A stretch of DNA of 62,852 bases, filler included, from Phoronis australis (lineage: Eukaryota > Animalia > Phoronida): NCBI GenBank assembly GCA_002633005.1. It is 6 parts of 6 records of this genome, joined end to end, with 100 filler letters (N's around TTAATTAATTAA, not from the genome) between each part and the next. Parts side by side here need not be neighbours in the genome. Positions count along the whole stretch, not along the records: positions 23,535 to 47,560 come from NMRA01000128.1; positions 47,661 to 52,451 come from NMRA01001509.1; positions 52,552 to 55,148 come from NMRA01003573.1; positions 55,249 to 62,852 come from NMRA01002000.1; 2 more parts are not named here. The stretch is one strand, 5' to 3'. A model generated the notes under the pieces. It had not been told where the DNA came from. It saw only the letters and a program-made list of their open reading frames with translations, and did no database searches. Positions 43,601-55,620 of this stretch are shown here, piece by piece. The position numbers were made by a program, and so were the translations under genes. The first letter of the stretch is position 1; each line of letters begins with the position of its first letter.

Positions 43601-46600
43601 TTCAAGGCTTGATTATATTTGATATTTTGACGATGGTCTTCATACTGCTAGCTGGCAGGCTAGCTAACATAAGGGCTGCCGCGGCAGTGTGACACGGAAC
43701 TAACCAGCCCGTAATTTTATGCAAGTGTCTGAAACTACCTTTGTATGCATATGGCATTGATGATTCGAACCTTTTACTTCGACAAAACAGCTTGCAACCG
43801 CATGCCTTTACCGTTCGTCAGTGTCTGGTCTTGGTCAGCACCGGGTCCAATTGGCTGTGGGCCCGAGTCCGGCAAAATAATTTCTGTCAAAATTTATTCG
43901 CCACATTTCGTCAGCAAATTTGATAAAATTGTCCGTATTTTGATTTTATTGACGTTAAGGCATGCTGTCGATTATTTTATCCCCGTTTGCAGGCTGGTAA
44001 CAGACACTGCTCCAGTTGCACAGACGGTGAATACCAAGCCTGGGTTCTTGAATGTACTTCCGGGTTCGTGGTAAGTTCAGAATGGCGGTGTGTTCTTCGG
44101 GTTCGAATCGTGAGTGGCGCATTTATTTAAACTTTATTTGATTACGGATTGTGTGTTAGTTAAGGGTACTTCTTGGATCCTTATAACATCCTCTAACCAT
44201 GTAATAAGGGCTAACAACGCGTGCTTCTTGGACTTTAAAAATATTAGGCAATTTTCATATTGTCGCTATATACTGTATTTCTAACAAATTTGACCAAGAA
44301 ATTCCAAAAATAAGGAATTAGCGGGCAAGTTCCACTTGAAGCGAGACCTCACAAAATGTCCAAATACGAATAACTTCAGAACATCATATCTCAAAAAACG
44401 GCTGATCAGATTCTAAGAAACTTATGTACTATTCTCTAAAATGCTGATTGGGAGTGTTTTTAAAATGCTCCAGTTTTGTATGAGACACAGTCAAAATGGG
44501 ACTTTTAAGATTGTAAGAAACTACAACAGTGTTTTTGACTATTTATAAAAATCAAATGGAATTTTTTCATGTTGTTGCTATGTCGGAATATACATTTTGC
44601 ACGATTTCATTAAAAAGACGCAACCCAATTAATGGCCAAATGCCATAAAGCTAGAAATCAAATTCCCTGGGTTCGCTGCTTTCTGAAAATCTACAGATTC
44701 ATAGATTCACCTAAATGCACAGACAGACTTGCTGATAAGGTCTCACGTGCTTCGAACGTGTTGTATGAAATACCGTACTCCAGTTTTCCTGTGAGTGTGC
44801 TTTATGAAACAGAAGAGTAACACTAATGCCAGCACAGCCACATGTTTCTCAGCTCATACCATGCTAATCACAGATTGAGGGGCATTGGCCAACAGGTGAC
44901 ACTCAATAACATACTCCTCAGCCTCGACCCCAAGCCTCAAGATGGCGCTGATTGGTTTAACCATTTTAGGCTATTGTTTGAAATAAAGGTTGTTGGCATG
45001 CTTATTTTCAATTCTTTTTTATTAATAGTATCATATAAATTAATCTGTTCTTGAATTAGAATACATCATTTTTGAGACCTAAATTGTTGCTATATACTGT
45101 CGAGACTGCACAAACCAAGCTAAAGTTTACTAAAGTTGTTTTGAAACGAAGAGATTGCACAACCCAAGCTAACGTTTACTAAGGTTTTTTGTGACGTCGA
45201 GACTGCGCAAACCAACTATAGTAGAATTTCACAACTTTAGGATGATAATATGGCCGACAAAGGAAATTTTATTTTCTCTTTATTTCATAAAAGATGAGTA
45301 GCAACAAAGTAAATGCTTTACAATTTTTTAAGTTCTGTGCCATCCTAAAATATTTTGAAAAAATGCGAGCATTGGCAACAATGTTAGAAGACTATGTAAT
45401 TTTGGCAATTATTTTATGTCAAAATGAGCACCATTTAGGAAATTGCAGTGGGTTCTGCTCGGCAGATATCAAGAACAAAAAACTAAGGAGGATGATGAAT
45501 ACAAAAATTAGAAAATTTTAGAAATCAATTCTAAAGTTCTGTTTTAACAAAAATGGATTCAGTCTATAGTGTGTAATCTCAAATCAAGCAGACATCTAAA
45601 TATGGTTTCCAGTTCTTACCATGACAAGAAAAATGTGATAAAAGTCATACAGCATACAAAAAGAAACAGGAGCAAACGATAGTGACACCCCCACACGCCT
45701 ATAGGTAAGTAATAAGGTGTATCTGTACATGATGATAAAGAGGAGTGACAATACTTGGCCACAAATTAGTAAGTAAACAGTCATAAAGGCAAATAGGTAT
45801 AACTCAAACAGGTGCTCTTCCCACAGGCATCAGAAATTACAAAGCTATAACAAAGCACCCTAGGGTGTTCTCTCTTCAGATTGGTTGTGAGGATGTGAAA
45901 ACATCTAGGTCCTTTGTTAACTGCCAAGCACATTCTTTTGGCTAGCATGACAACGCCAAGCCAATTATTTACCCGACTTACTAGCCATTTGAAGAATTTC
46001 TGCCTGCAACTACTGTCGACTCGTTTTTTTTTTCTTACTGAGAATGGATTGATATCTTTTTATTAACTTTCAAACTTCAAGCACCGAAATAATGGTAGAT
46101 TTTGATCGCCAACTTAATTAGTTTAGTTAATTGTGAACCCATCCTTGAACTTTCCAGATTACAGTTACACTTAACATTTCACAGCAAACAAAACTACACG
46201 TGCCATTAGTTCAAGTTTATCTATATTAGAACTTAAATCATAAAATATATACAACTGCACAAAGTTGCACTTTGATATGGTGATAGCCAAACAATTTTGG
46301 TTGCACTGAATATATAACTATTCTAGCCTTTTGTCAGTCATACAGAATGAAGAATGGGCACAAGTTAAGCACAACTGATTCCTAGTTAAAAATTGAGATT
46401 GAAAGAATATTAAAAGAATAATCCATGTGATATTGTCAACTCTGTTTAGAGTTTGTAAATCCACCGAGTATACCAATACGCATGGTCCTTTATCTTCAAT
46501 CATACCCAATGTTTGTAGTTTTTAGCTTATTAGTTCATCGATTATTAAAAATCGAAAACTATACTCGTTTTTTTCTAAATGAATACCACCGTGTTTGTTT

Positions 46601-47560
46601 TTAACAAAAATTATTGGTTAATACATTTTGAAAATTTGCCTGTATATACCGGCATAGATGTTTACTATACAGTTTATGGTCGGGTAATTACACTTACCCG
46701 GTAATTGCGTTTTGCTCGCACTGGAGAATGCGGTCATCACAAAAAACTGTATCTGACTCTGTTGGGACACAATATATTGTCTTAACTTCAGTTGTAGCAA
46801 AGATACTGTACACTGTAACTATAACAAATTTCATTGTTGTTAGGCAATTTTGGTGATTCAAAAAGTAAACGTGGTCAGCATTTGACGAGAAATTCAGAAA
46901 TGTTATTGGTTTATGATGTTTAAACACTTTATAACTTGACTTTTATTTTTAAGAACACAGCTCAGTCAAGATAGATTTGATCTTATCAGAGATTAGAGCA
47001 ATTATCGAACAAAAGAGAGATGACCCTCCAACCCTAAATGCCAAACATATTGGTCAGCGTGGTCAGAAAGCACTCCTGGGACTTATTAATGGTCGATTGG
47101 TGCTAAAGGAAACAAGAGCAACGCAGAGTGTTGAAATGCGTCCACAATTGCACCGCATACGGTATCCTTCTAGGGTTGTTTATTGGTACCATAAAGTGGC
47201 CAGTAGAGGGCATATATGTAGTATGTTGTACTTAGCAAAATGGAAAGGCATGGTCATTGTCTCCTCAATAGGCTAGGGGCAAAATGTGAGTGATCTTCTT
47301 AATACAAGCACATCCTATACATCAGTTGCTTAAAGCACCACAGAAACATAGAATTAAAAACAAATTTACCAACATACGAGATTAGCACAGCATTAGAATG
47401 TCAGAAACAAATTTCTACTTGGAACTTTTCCTTCATAGTCACGAAGTAACACAAAGTATACACCTGAAGACCTATGAAAATACAGAGGTCAATGCAAAAT
47501 ACTAAAATTGCCACTAGAGGCATACCAGTAGTCAGAATCATCCTAAAGTCATCATCGTCC

Positions 47561-47660
47561 NNNNNNNNNNNNNNNNNNNNNNNNNNNNNNNNNNNNNNNN
47601 NNNNTTAATTAATTAANNNNNNNNNNNNNNNNNNNNNNNNNNNNNNNNNNNNNNNNNNNN
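47561..47660. other. Scaffolding spacer
   Basis: N44-TTAATTAATTAA-N44. Confidence 0.97.
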
Positions 47661-47878
47661 GTTACATTCGCATGTAGAAGTAATAGAAAATTGACGTAAA
47701 TCACAAATCGTTTGTTATTTTATTATTCTGCTCCTAGTGAATTATTCTAAATATCTTATACGTTATACAATACAAAGGTAAGTGTACAAATTGTACGACA
47801 AGTTTGCTTCATTGCTGCGCATTTATAACGGACTAACATCCTGGGCTCGCTATACCGACCAAAAATTGTTTGCGTTAA

Positions 47879-48640
47879 AGCTGGAGGCAACCTTTTTATG
47901 TCAGTTTTAATAAAAAATAAAGTTCGCTAATTATCCCAGACATTTTTTTCCACTTAAATACGACTTCTCGTAATTTAATTAACTAGTCATACTCTATCCC
48001 GTTAGAGACGTTTAGGGAGTTAAAGAATTACGCGCTATTTTGCTTCTGCGTTTGAGTTTACTGTGGGGTCTGTACTACTATTGTTTTCTTGCTGGTTTTC
48101 AAAAATTGTCGCCACCATTTCCCATTGGTGAGAGTATTATACGACAAGCTAGGTTGTTAGGAAATTCAATTACGTTGCATTTAGGGATCGTTTAGATTGT
48201 ACATGTAGTATCCTGAAATTTTCTGGAGTGGGCGACCCATATCCAAGTGACCGTAGTGACGGAGATATTGTTCATAGCAGTGGTGACGAGGAATCTTTTC
48301 GTTGACAGTCAGTGGGTGAATATATGTTTGAGCCCGAGTATATTGAGGCAGAGTACGCACAGGCACAGGCAGAGGCAGTTGTAGAGAGAAATGAAGCAGA
48401 GACTGGCAACAGACGTGGTGGGACGTCTTGGAGCAAATGCACGGTGTGCACTGTTATTCCGACCTCAATGGAATGCCTATTATATACTGTTCAGAGTTCG
48501 ACGAGGCCAAGCCACTACTGGAAACTGCATATACTTTTCACGTGCCTTGCTCGACATAGCATCCTGACTTTGGTACCCATGTGAATGCTGGTGTGCTTGA
48601 CACATTCTTTAGAAGTCACAGAGCTAACTGGATGAGGTTT
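47879..48640 (+). mobile_element. Kolobok-like DNA transposon remnant with decayed P2X7-ballast-like (KolX) ORF
   Basis: Starts TTAA|AG. ORF remnant YMFEPEY...RRGGTSWSKCTVCTVIPTSMECL, then in a shifted frame HPDFGTHVNAGVLDTFFR; this pattern recalls P2RX7-like Cys-rich proteins. Confidence 0.6.
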
Positions 48641-48869
48641 CCCGGCGAATTCAAAGAGCCTGGGTAGCCTCAGTTATGAGTAAATGAAAATGTGGCCATT
48701 CTGATTGAAAATCCTGCTATAAAATAAGAATACATACCAGGATTATGTTTTATAAAATACTCCCAGTTATTGACATGCACACACCCGGCCTTTAATATGG
48801 GAGAGGGCTCGAATTTCTGACGATGTGGACCTTTTGCTGACAAAAAAGCGGGCGGACTAAAAAAAAGGG

Positions 48870-48985
48870 CTACCACCTTCCCTGTGGGTCTGCGCCTCTT
48901 TAGTGGACTACCACCTTCCCTGTGCGTCTGCGCCTCTTTAGTGGACTACCACCTTCCCTGTGCATCTGCGCCTCTTTAGTGGACT
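48870..48985. repeat. 38-bp tandem repeat x3
   Basis: CTACCACCTTCCCTGTG(G/C)(G/A)TCTGCGCCTCTTTAGTGGA, three adjacent copies. Confidence 0.9.
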
Positions 48986-49689
48986 TTTGTCTCGTTTTCT
49001 CGGCTGGGCATTTTGCTCTCTTGACTCAGGTAATTTTGGCTTTGTGGTACCGTCTCCGATAAGTAGTTTTTGTCTTAGTATTGTGTCGCACCTCATTTGG
49101 ACTGTATCGTCTCGTTTAGGATTTTCATTGTTTCTGTAGAATTTTCTCGGTATTGGGTCGGGTAGGATTTTTCATCATTTGGTATAGTCTCTGGTGCCCA
49201 TTTTATTGTCTGTCCTACATTGCTCTGGATTTTGACTTCTCACTTTCAGGAACACATCGCTACCTGCCTACTAAAGTACTTGGAGAGAACCCCTCGGCCG
49301 GTATGTGCTGCTCAAGATTGTAGAAATGTCCAATTTATCCACCATAGTTTTTCCCGCAGTATTTAGTCCACTGCAGCAGTCTATTCCGCAAGATTTCACC
49401 TCCCGGTTCTTTTATGACTGAGAATGAACCCTACTTCAAGGTTTTTGGTGTGAAATGGACCCTGCTACATTTTTGTTTTTCATTCAAAATGTGACCCTCT
49501 TCAGTGCCTCTGGCACATCCGTAGAGTACGCATAGTGGCTTGTTTTTATTTGCTCCCAGTTTAAACAAACACTCCTGCAATCTTGCTTTTTAACTATCCG
49601 TCGTTCAGTTGCCCAAATCGACACTGCTTGCGCCAGCTACCTTGAAAATAGAAAACAGTTCGTCTGCCTTGATAGTGTCACTTCGTCCC

Positions 49690-51005
49690 AACTTGACAAT
49701 TCTACAGGTGACACACAGGGATCTATTCTATGACCTCTCCTGTTTTTAATCTATGTAAATGACACCACTTTCTCCAGTAAGGCACAGTTCATTATTTACG
49801 CAGACGACACATACCTGTTAATTTTTTCCATATTAACGAAAATCATAGCCTCAACGATCAAACCATCAGAATTTATAATACCCTACAAGATGTTTTTGAT
49901 TGGCGTGATACCAATAAATTATCGCTCAACACAAGTAAAACTAAATTTATACTATTTCACTTTCCCCCAAAAATCAGGGAAGGTGATATCCCTCTAACCA
50001 AAATCAACGATGAACTTATTAACAGAGTTGAAAATTTTAAATTTTTAGGTATTTTTGTAGACAGTCGTCTTTCCTGGAACAAGCATGTTCAGGAAAGTTC
50101 AAACAAAATTGCCAAACCTCTAGGCACAAACTCCTGATGATATACAATGCTCTTATACTATCACATCTATATATTGGTGTGATAGTATAAGAGCATTGTA
50201 TATATTATGGGGGTCAATAACTGTACGAGATTGAAACTTCTGCAATGAAACTTGAAGAAATGTTACCAATTCTTCGCGTTTTTCACACACAGAACTAATT
50301 TGCTGGAAAATCAAAACACTTCTTCTTGACGACATATTTAACCAAGCTTGCATAAAATTCTTTTACAGATTCAAGCATAATCAATTGCCTATTTATTTTT
50401 ATGATAACAATTTTTTCCAATTACATCAGTCACCAAGAGATTTTTCTAGAATATGCAGTCAACATCCTATGTTAAAACTGCTCACCTACAACAGAAAAAG
50501 CTGTGAAAATTCATTGGTATTCAAAATACCGAATCTAATAAACAAAATTGTATCCTTCCGATACATGTTGCAGACAAAATCGACACGAATACTTTACTTG
50601 GTTTCTCCTTGCATTTAAAAAATTACATATTAAGCACTTAGAGGTCTCAATGTAACGTTCTACATTGTTATGCATGTTCTAATTGAGTTACCGTGATCAC
50701 TTGCCAAACATCTTAGTCATAATGCTTTTCTAACCGCGCGGTCTCCCTTGTATCCTAGTCTCCAAGTTTTAATTCTTAGTAAATAACATTAATTTACATT
50801 TTAAATAAACTTAAATTGTATCGTATTTCATTGTAGATGTACTTATTTCTGTTGTTATTTATATTGTTCATCATATTGTTAATATCTATCTAGTTTATTG
50901 TTACTCGGTGGTCAGCTATTAGTGGCCTGTGCCTTTGCTGGCCATCCAGTCATATAACAATGAACGTTTCATTTTATTTAAAAAAATAAAAGTTTCTCTC
51001 TCTCT
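49690..51005 (+). mobile_element. 5'-truncated non-LTR retrotransposon (CR1/L2-group RT fossil)
   Basis: QGSIL*PLLFLIYVND, YADDT, NKLSLNTSKTKFILF, FKFLGIFVDSRLSWNKH and IYNALILSHL in broken frames; 3' end AATAAA followed by a (TC)n tail. Confidence 0.85.
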
Positions 51006-52451
51006 ATGGTGTTATACTGTGGGTGTGATTTTAAGCACTTTAAGTAAAATGTTTGAGAGGGTTAAACGGAGCAGATGGTTGCAATCAACATACCCAAGTG
51101 GCCTTCAGGAGGAAGCTCCTCTCAATTTTTCGTAAACATTAATTACTTAGGTGGCTGCAATGGTAATTGAATTGAAGTGCCCAAGTGGCTGGCGTCCCCG
51201 TCGTAATTTGAGCACAGGGGAAGAACATGCCCATCTTGATTGCAGTATGATCATCTGATTAAAAAATAAATTTCAATCGCTGCACTTGTATATCAACTGA
51301 CTTATTTTCAGTAGCATCAACTAATCTAATGGTCAGACGGTCAACATTTTTAGTTGTTATATCAGACGGCGTGTAACTGCTCTAGGCTGGTGGTAGATCA
51401 ATTCCAGTTAAGTCCGTCTGAAAAATGCATGCTAATATTAAATTGACGTTAACATTTTGCGTTTTTCCAGTTGGACTTTTATAGCAAGCAAGAGCTCAGT
51501 CCGGAGACCTGAATATATGCAAATGAAATTCAAAGATAATCTACCACAGATCATACTATGAAAATAGAGAGTCAAAGATTGTGGAGAGTGAAGAATCCAC
51601 AGTTTTCAGAAATGATTTTCCAGTTTTGGTAGGAGTTCATTGAATCAAAGTTTCTAACACACGGAGATATCGCTTGGCTTTTAAAACTAAAGCAAGACTT
51701 TGAAGCTATACTTCAGAAAGCTGGTGTGCATGAAGTTATGTGGATCCACAGCCAATCAAGAAACGACTGATGAAGCTACCCACAATCGCAGTTTGTGCCC
51801 AACTGAGAGATAGTTCTTTGACAATGAAGATGATATATTTTAAGTCAATTATAAGTAGACCGCCAATTTCTCCAACCCCGGTATTTCGTTATATTTTTGT
51901 GCTATAAAATTATGAGCTGCGAATTTCATTTGGTCATTTAGTCATAGCAAGTACATTCTTTGATCATTGTCATGCAGTTGGCTTAGACTGTTTGCTAGAC
52001 TACTGTCAGAATAACCCAGAACTCTCATGCAGTCGATGTGTTCAGAGTGAATTATTGTTAAATATACCATACGCCATTTTCGACCAAGAATAAATATTTC
52101 CGAAATGAGTTTTTCATAGTCCACGAAATTCGTACAAGGTCCAAAAACTATTTTTTAATGATCTTCGAACTTCGGACAATGTCATAAACGTCGGATTTTT
52201 GCCCCGCGACTTTCGGACAAGGAAAATTTTAGAAACGCTAATTTGGGATCGACGCAACTCCCGTGTCACTAAAGCGTTCAACGGATGATTACTACTTTAT
52301 AAGGCTTGAATCTGAGAATTGGTGTAACGGGCTTTGTAATTTTTACCTTGTCTTGACGATGTCATGACCGTTACTCGATTGTCTTGCGTTTAGCTTGTGT
52401 TTGGCGCTTTAGCTATGGAAAGAGTCACCGAGTCCCGCATGACGAAAATTT

Positions 52452-52551
52452 NNNNNNNNNNNNNNNNNNNNNNNNNNNNNNNNNNNNNNNNNNNNTTAAT
52501 TAATTAANNNNNNNNNNNNNNNNNNNNNNNNNNNNNNNNNNNNNNNNNNNN
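52452..52551. other. Scaffolding spacer
   Basis: N44-TTAATTAATTAA-N44. Confidence 0.97.
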
Positions 52552-52699
52552 TTTGCTGCAGAAATGAGCTATGAGCTGGGTTAATTTTCGTTCGATGTGC
52601 ATGGTTCTTCGTCTGCGCTCACCCTTATAGGCGAACAGTTTGACGATGATACCCCTTCACAGTACAAATTAACCATAGCACCACACTCGAATTACGTAC

Positions 52700-55100
52700 C
52701 TGCCAGTTAGCCCAAGGAAAGATCATACCCAGCGTGAATACCCCCAGTAATGGACCGCCTATCATACCAAATAAGGCAAGAGCCGCCTGAAGCACACCAC
52801 CTAGCTGAGCAGCCACAAATGTCAAGGCGATGCAGATGACGCCGTACACTATAGCTACAAAACAAATCCAATGAGAATAAAATCTTCAAGACGACGGTTG
52901 CAAAAGACAGTTGAAAGAAAGTTACGTAGCGACATAGGGAAGGGTGAGAAGACTTACCTAAAATTTTCGACACCAGAGTCGCTCTTTCTTCGCTTATGTC
53001 TGGTTTGATATAGATTTTCACGAGATCAGTCAGAGCCACGGCTGCCAACGAATTTAGGCCAGATGAAATTGTACTAAAGAAAATAAATATTAAGTGCGTT
53101 AAACAATGTGTGGATCATAAAAAGTTAACGAGAAAACAATTCCCGTTTTTAAGACAATAAGCCTTTATCTAATTGCAATGTTGACCTGAAAGGGTAAGGC
53201 TGCGGCGGACCCGCAGCCTGCCCTTGAAAGGGATACGCCACAGCCATCGATACTCAAAGATTTCCCCCTGGTCACAACTGTTTTTTCCACACTGGCCGGC
53301 AGCCGACACTGATTTTTAGGTCTCGTCATCGATTCTTACGGTTCGATCAGAAGCAATATTCATTTAAACTGAACTTAGCGTACCCCGACTACAGGTAGGC
53401 GAACTCTCAAGTAATTTTTAGGTCACGTGGTCACTAAGACACGTGATTTATAGTGCATTTCCAGATCCCGAGATAATTTTCCTCAGTGTGTCGCTATACG
53501 TAAACGGTCTTCTGGCGCGCCGCATTGCCACACCATCTGGATCGACAGCAGAAAGAATGATTCGAACACTTTTTCGTTTCACCACTAAGCCATTAGTGAC
53601 ACATTTGTGGTACACGAATCTATAACCATATTGTCGGTATTTGTCGGTCTATGGAACCAATCACATCATCAATGTCTGAATAACTGTTACGACACGCGAG
53701 TCCTAGCCTTGACAACAAACGCCGAAGGTGCCTAACGCTAACAATTATACCATAGCGATACCTGAGCATGTCTACTGTTTCATTTTGCGGCAGCCCTAAG
53801 TTGAAATTGAAAAGATCTCTGACAGCTTCATCTCTACCCAAATTGGAATATTCTTGGTAACAGAAAACAAGGCCTATCACGTGAGACCGATTTTATAGCA
53901 CTAAGAGGCCTAATTCTATTTTTGTTTTTCAGCCAGCAAAATTGGTGGTACTGCAGTTTTAAGCGGAAGGAGTATCTTTAAAATCAGCCCATTAACACCA
54001 CACATGTAAATCTGTTCTGTCCTTTCCTCAGATTAAAAAATAAACGCGCAACGTCACCTTTGGGGCCACCGTAGCATCGGTAGTCAGAACTTTCGAAGTC
54101 GTGGTCATCCGTTGTCACGTCCGAAGGAAAACAATGCCAAACTCCACAAAGATTTTGCAGACTAAAGAGAAACAACCACGGGTGCTACAAAAATGCCACT
54201 ACAGTGCGCCACAGTTGTTGGACCGCTCCGAAAATCAACTACAGCCGTGGTTTGAACACGAATTTCCATGATGAACCTTCGAGCGGTTTGGTGGATAAAG
54301 AGACGGACGACAAAAAATTAACGTTTGAAAATAAGAAATGACCATCAGGTGACACAGAACTTGTCAGATTCGTCTAAAAATGACAAGTTGTCGCCATTCC
54401 TTTAATGGACCTATTTAATGGACCAATTCGGCAAATTTCATTAAGATCCGCCAAGGTAAACGCGAAGAACTAAAATCGCCACAAGGGGAAGAGTGGTAGT
54501 CGTGGCTGTCGTCAGCTTCATAGGAAAACCCCTCTCAAATCTCATTAAATCTTTACAAGGGGTTTAGGCGATACAGCCGCAAAATCTGGACGTACAGACA
54601 TAGATGACGGCAATATGCACCCAGGTATGTATATGTGGGCGGGCGCATAACAAGAGGAACTACGGAAGATCAGTTGACCATCCATAGCTGGTATTTTACC
54701 CTGTTTGCCAATTTCATTGTACCAACATTGCAACTTCAAATGCAACAACACATTACAATGGTGATCTACATGTACATAATAATTAGGATATGCGTTAGTG
54801 ACTTGAACATTTGCATATGAAGAAGCTAGACAGATGCTTGTCACGTGTGTTGCATTGTGGGAAAATACCATAGAATGAGAGTGGTGCTATTTCAGGACGG
54901 ACCCATTGGGCACAAAAAAGAAAAGTTTGTCAGTACTTGTGAAAAATTGCAATAGCCACCAGGGGAATAACCGGTTAATTAAAATATTCCTTCGAGTAGA
55001 AAAACACTTACCTTAGAGCCCCACTGAACAAACATGCGGTAAACAGCCCGGGAATGCCAGGAAGAAAGCTCAAGATCTCCATAACAAACAGAGGAAACAG
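52700..55100 (-). CDS. Sodium:solute symporter, SLC5A6/SLC5A8-like, three internal exons
   Basis: Exons 55100-55012 ([30 protein letters not shown]), 53073-52958 ([18 protein letters not shown]...) and 52854-52700 ([51 protein letters not shown]); GT-AG with consistent phases. Confidence 0.9.
53440..53850 (-). mobile_element. Decayed transposase N-terminus, IS3EU-like/integrase-core family
   Basis: [19 protein letters not shown]...YSDIDDV, then after a frameshift GYRFVYHKC...[28 protein letters not shown]; lies in an SLC5A intron. Confidence 0.55.
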
Positions 55101-55148
55101 CTAAAATTAGAATAGCGAGCAAAATTCTAACAAAAACAGTACCCAAAT

Positions 55149-55248
55149 NNNNNNNNNNNNNNNNNNNNNNNNNNNNNNNNNNNNNNNNNNNNTTAATTAA
55201 TTAANNNNNNNNNNNNNNNNNNNNNNNNNNNNNNNNNNNNNNNNNNNN
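55149..55248. other. Scaffolding spacer
   Basis: N44-TTAATTAATTAA-N44. Confidence 0.97.
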
Positions 55249-55620
55249 TATGACATTGAATACACCAAAGCTGAGTCTGTACTCGAGTTGAGTATGAAGT
55301 GTGAGTTTGAGCATGATTCGAGTCCGAGTACGGAGATTGGAGACCGGGCCCAGGTCTCTATTAAAGGCTAAATGAGTAGCAGGCCAGAAGATATTCTCTT
55401 TCAGTGCCACCGAAGACGGTAATGTCTCTGGTGAACAAAATAGGTGGCGCTGTGACAGATGATTTCCAGTAGTTTGAGACTGAGCCAGAAGGTGGCCCTG
55501 AACGTTATGAGGTTGCCATCTTGAAAAATGTGTTTTGGATAAATTCTAGTTGTGTTTTAGGCTACCAGATTTTGTTGTTTTAACTAGGATTTTGGGTTCC
55601 ATACCAATAACAGACTGGCG

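Noticed and set aside
43992-44070. Candidate + strand exon (TTTGCAG...GTG|GTAAGT)
   Set aside because: Good splice signals but no recognisable protein in any frame and no partner exons found.
48312-48584. Host P2X purinoceptor 7 gene
   Set aside because: Only a frameshifted Cys-rich fragment with no transmembrane or ectodomain exons, lying inside a TTAA-flanked repeat.
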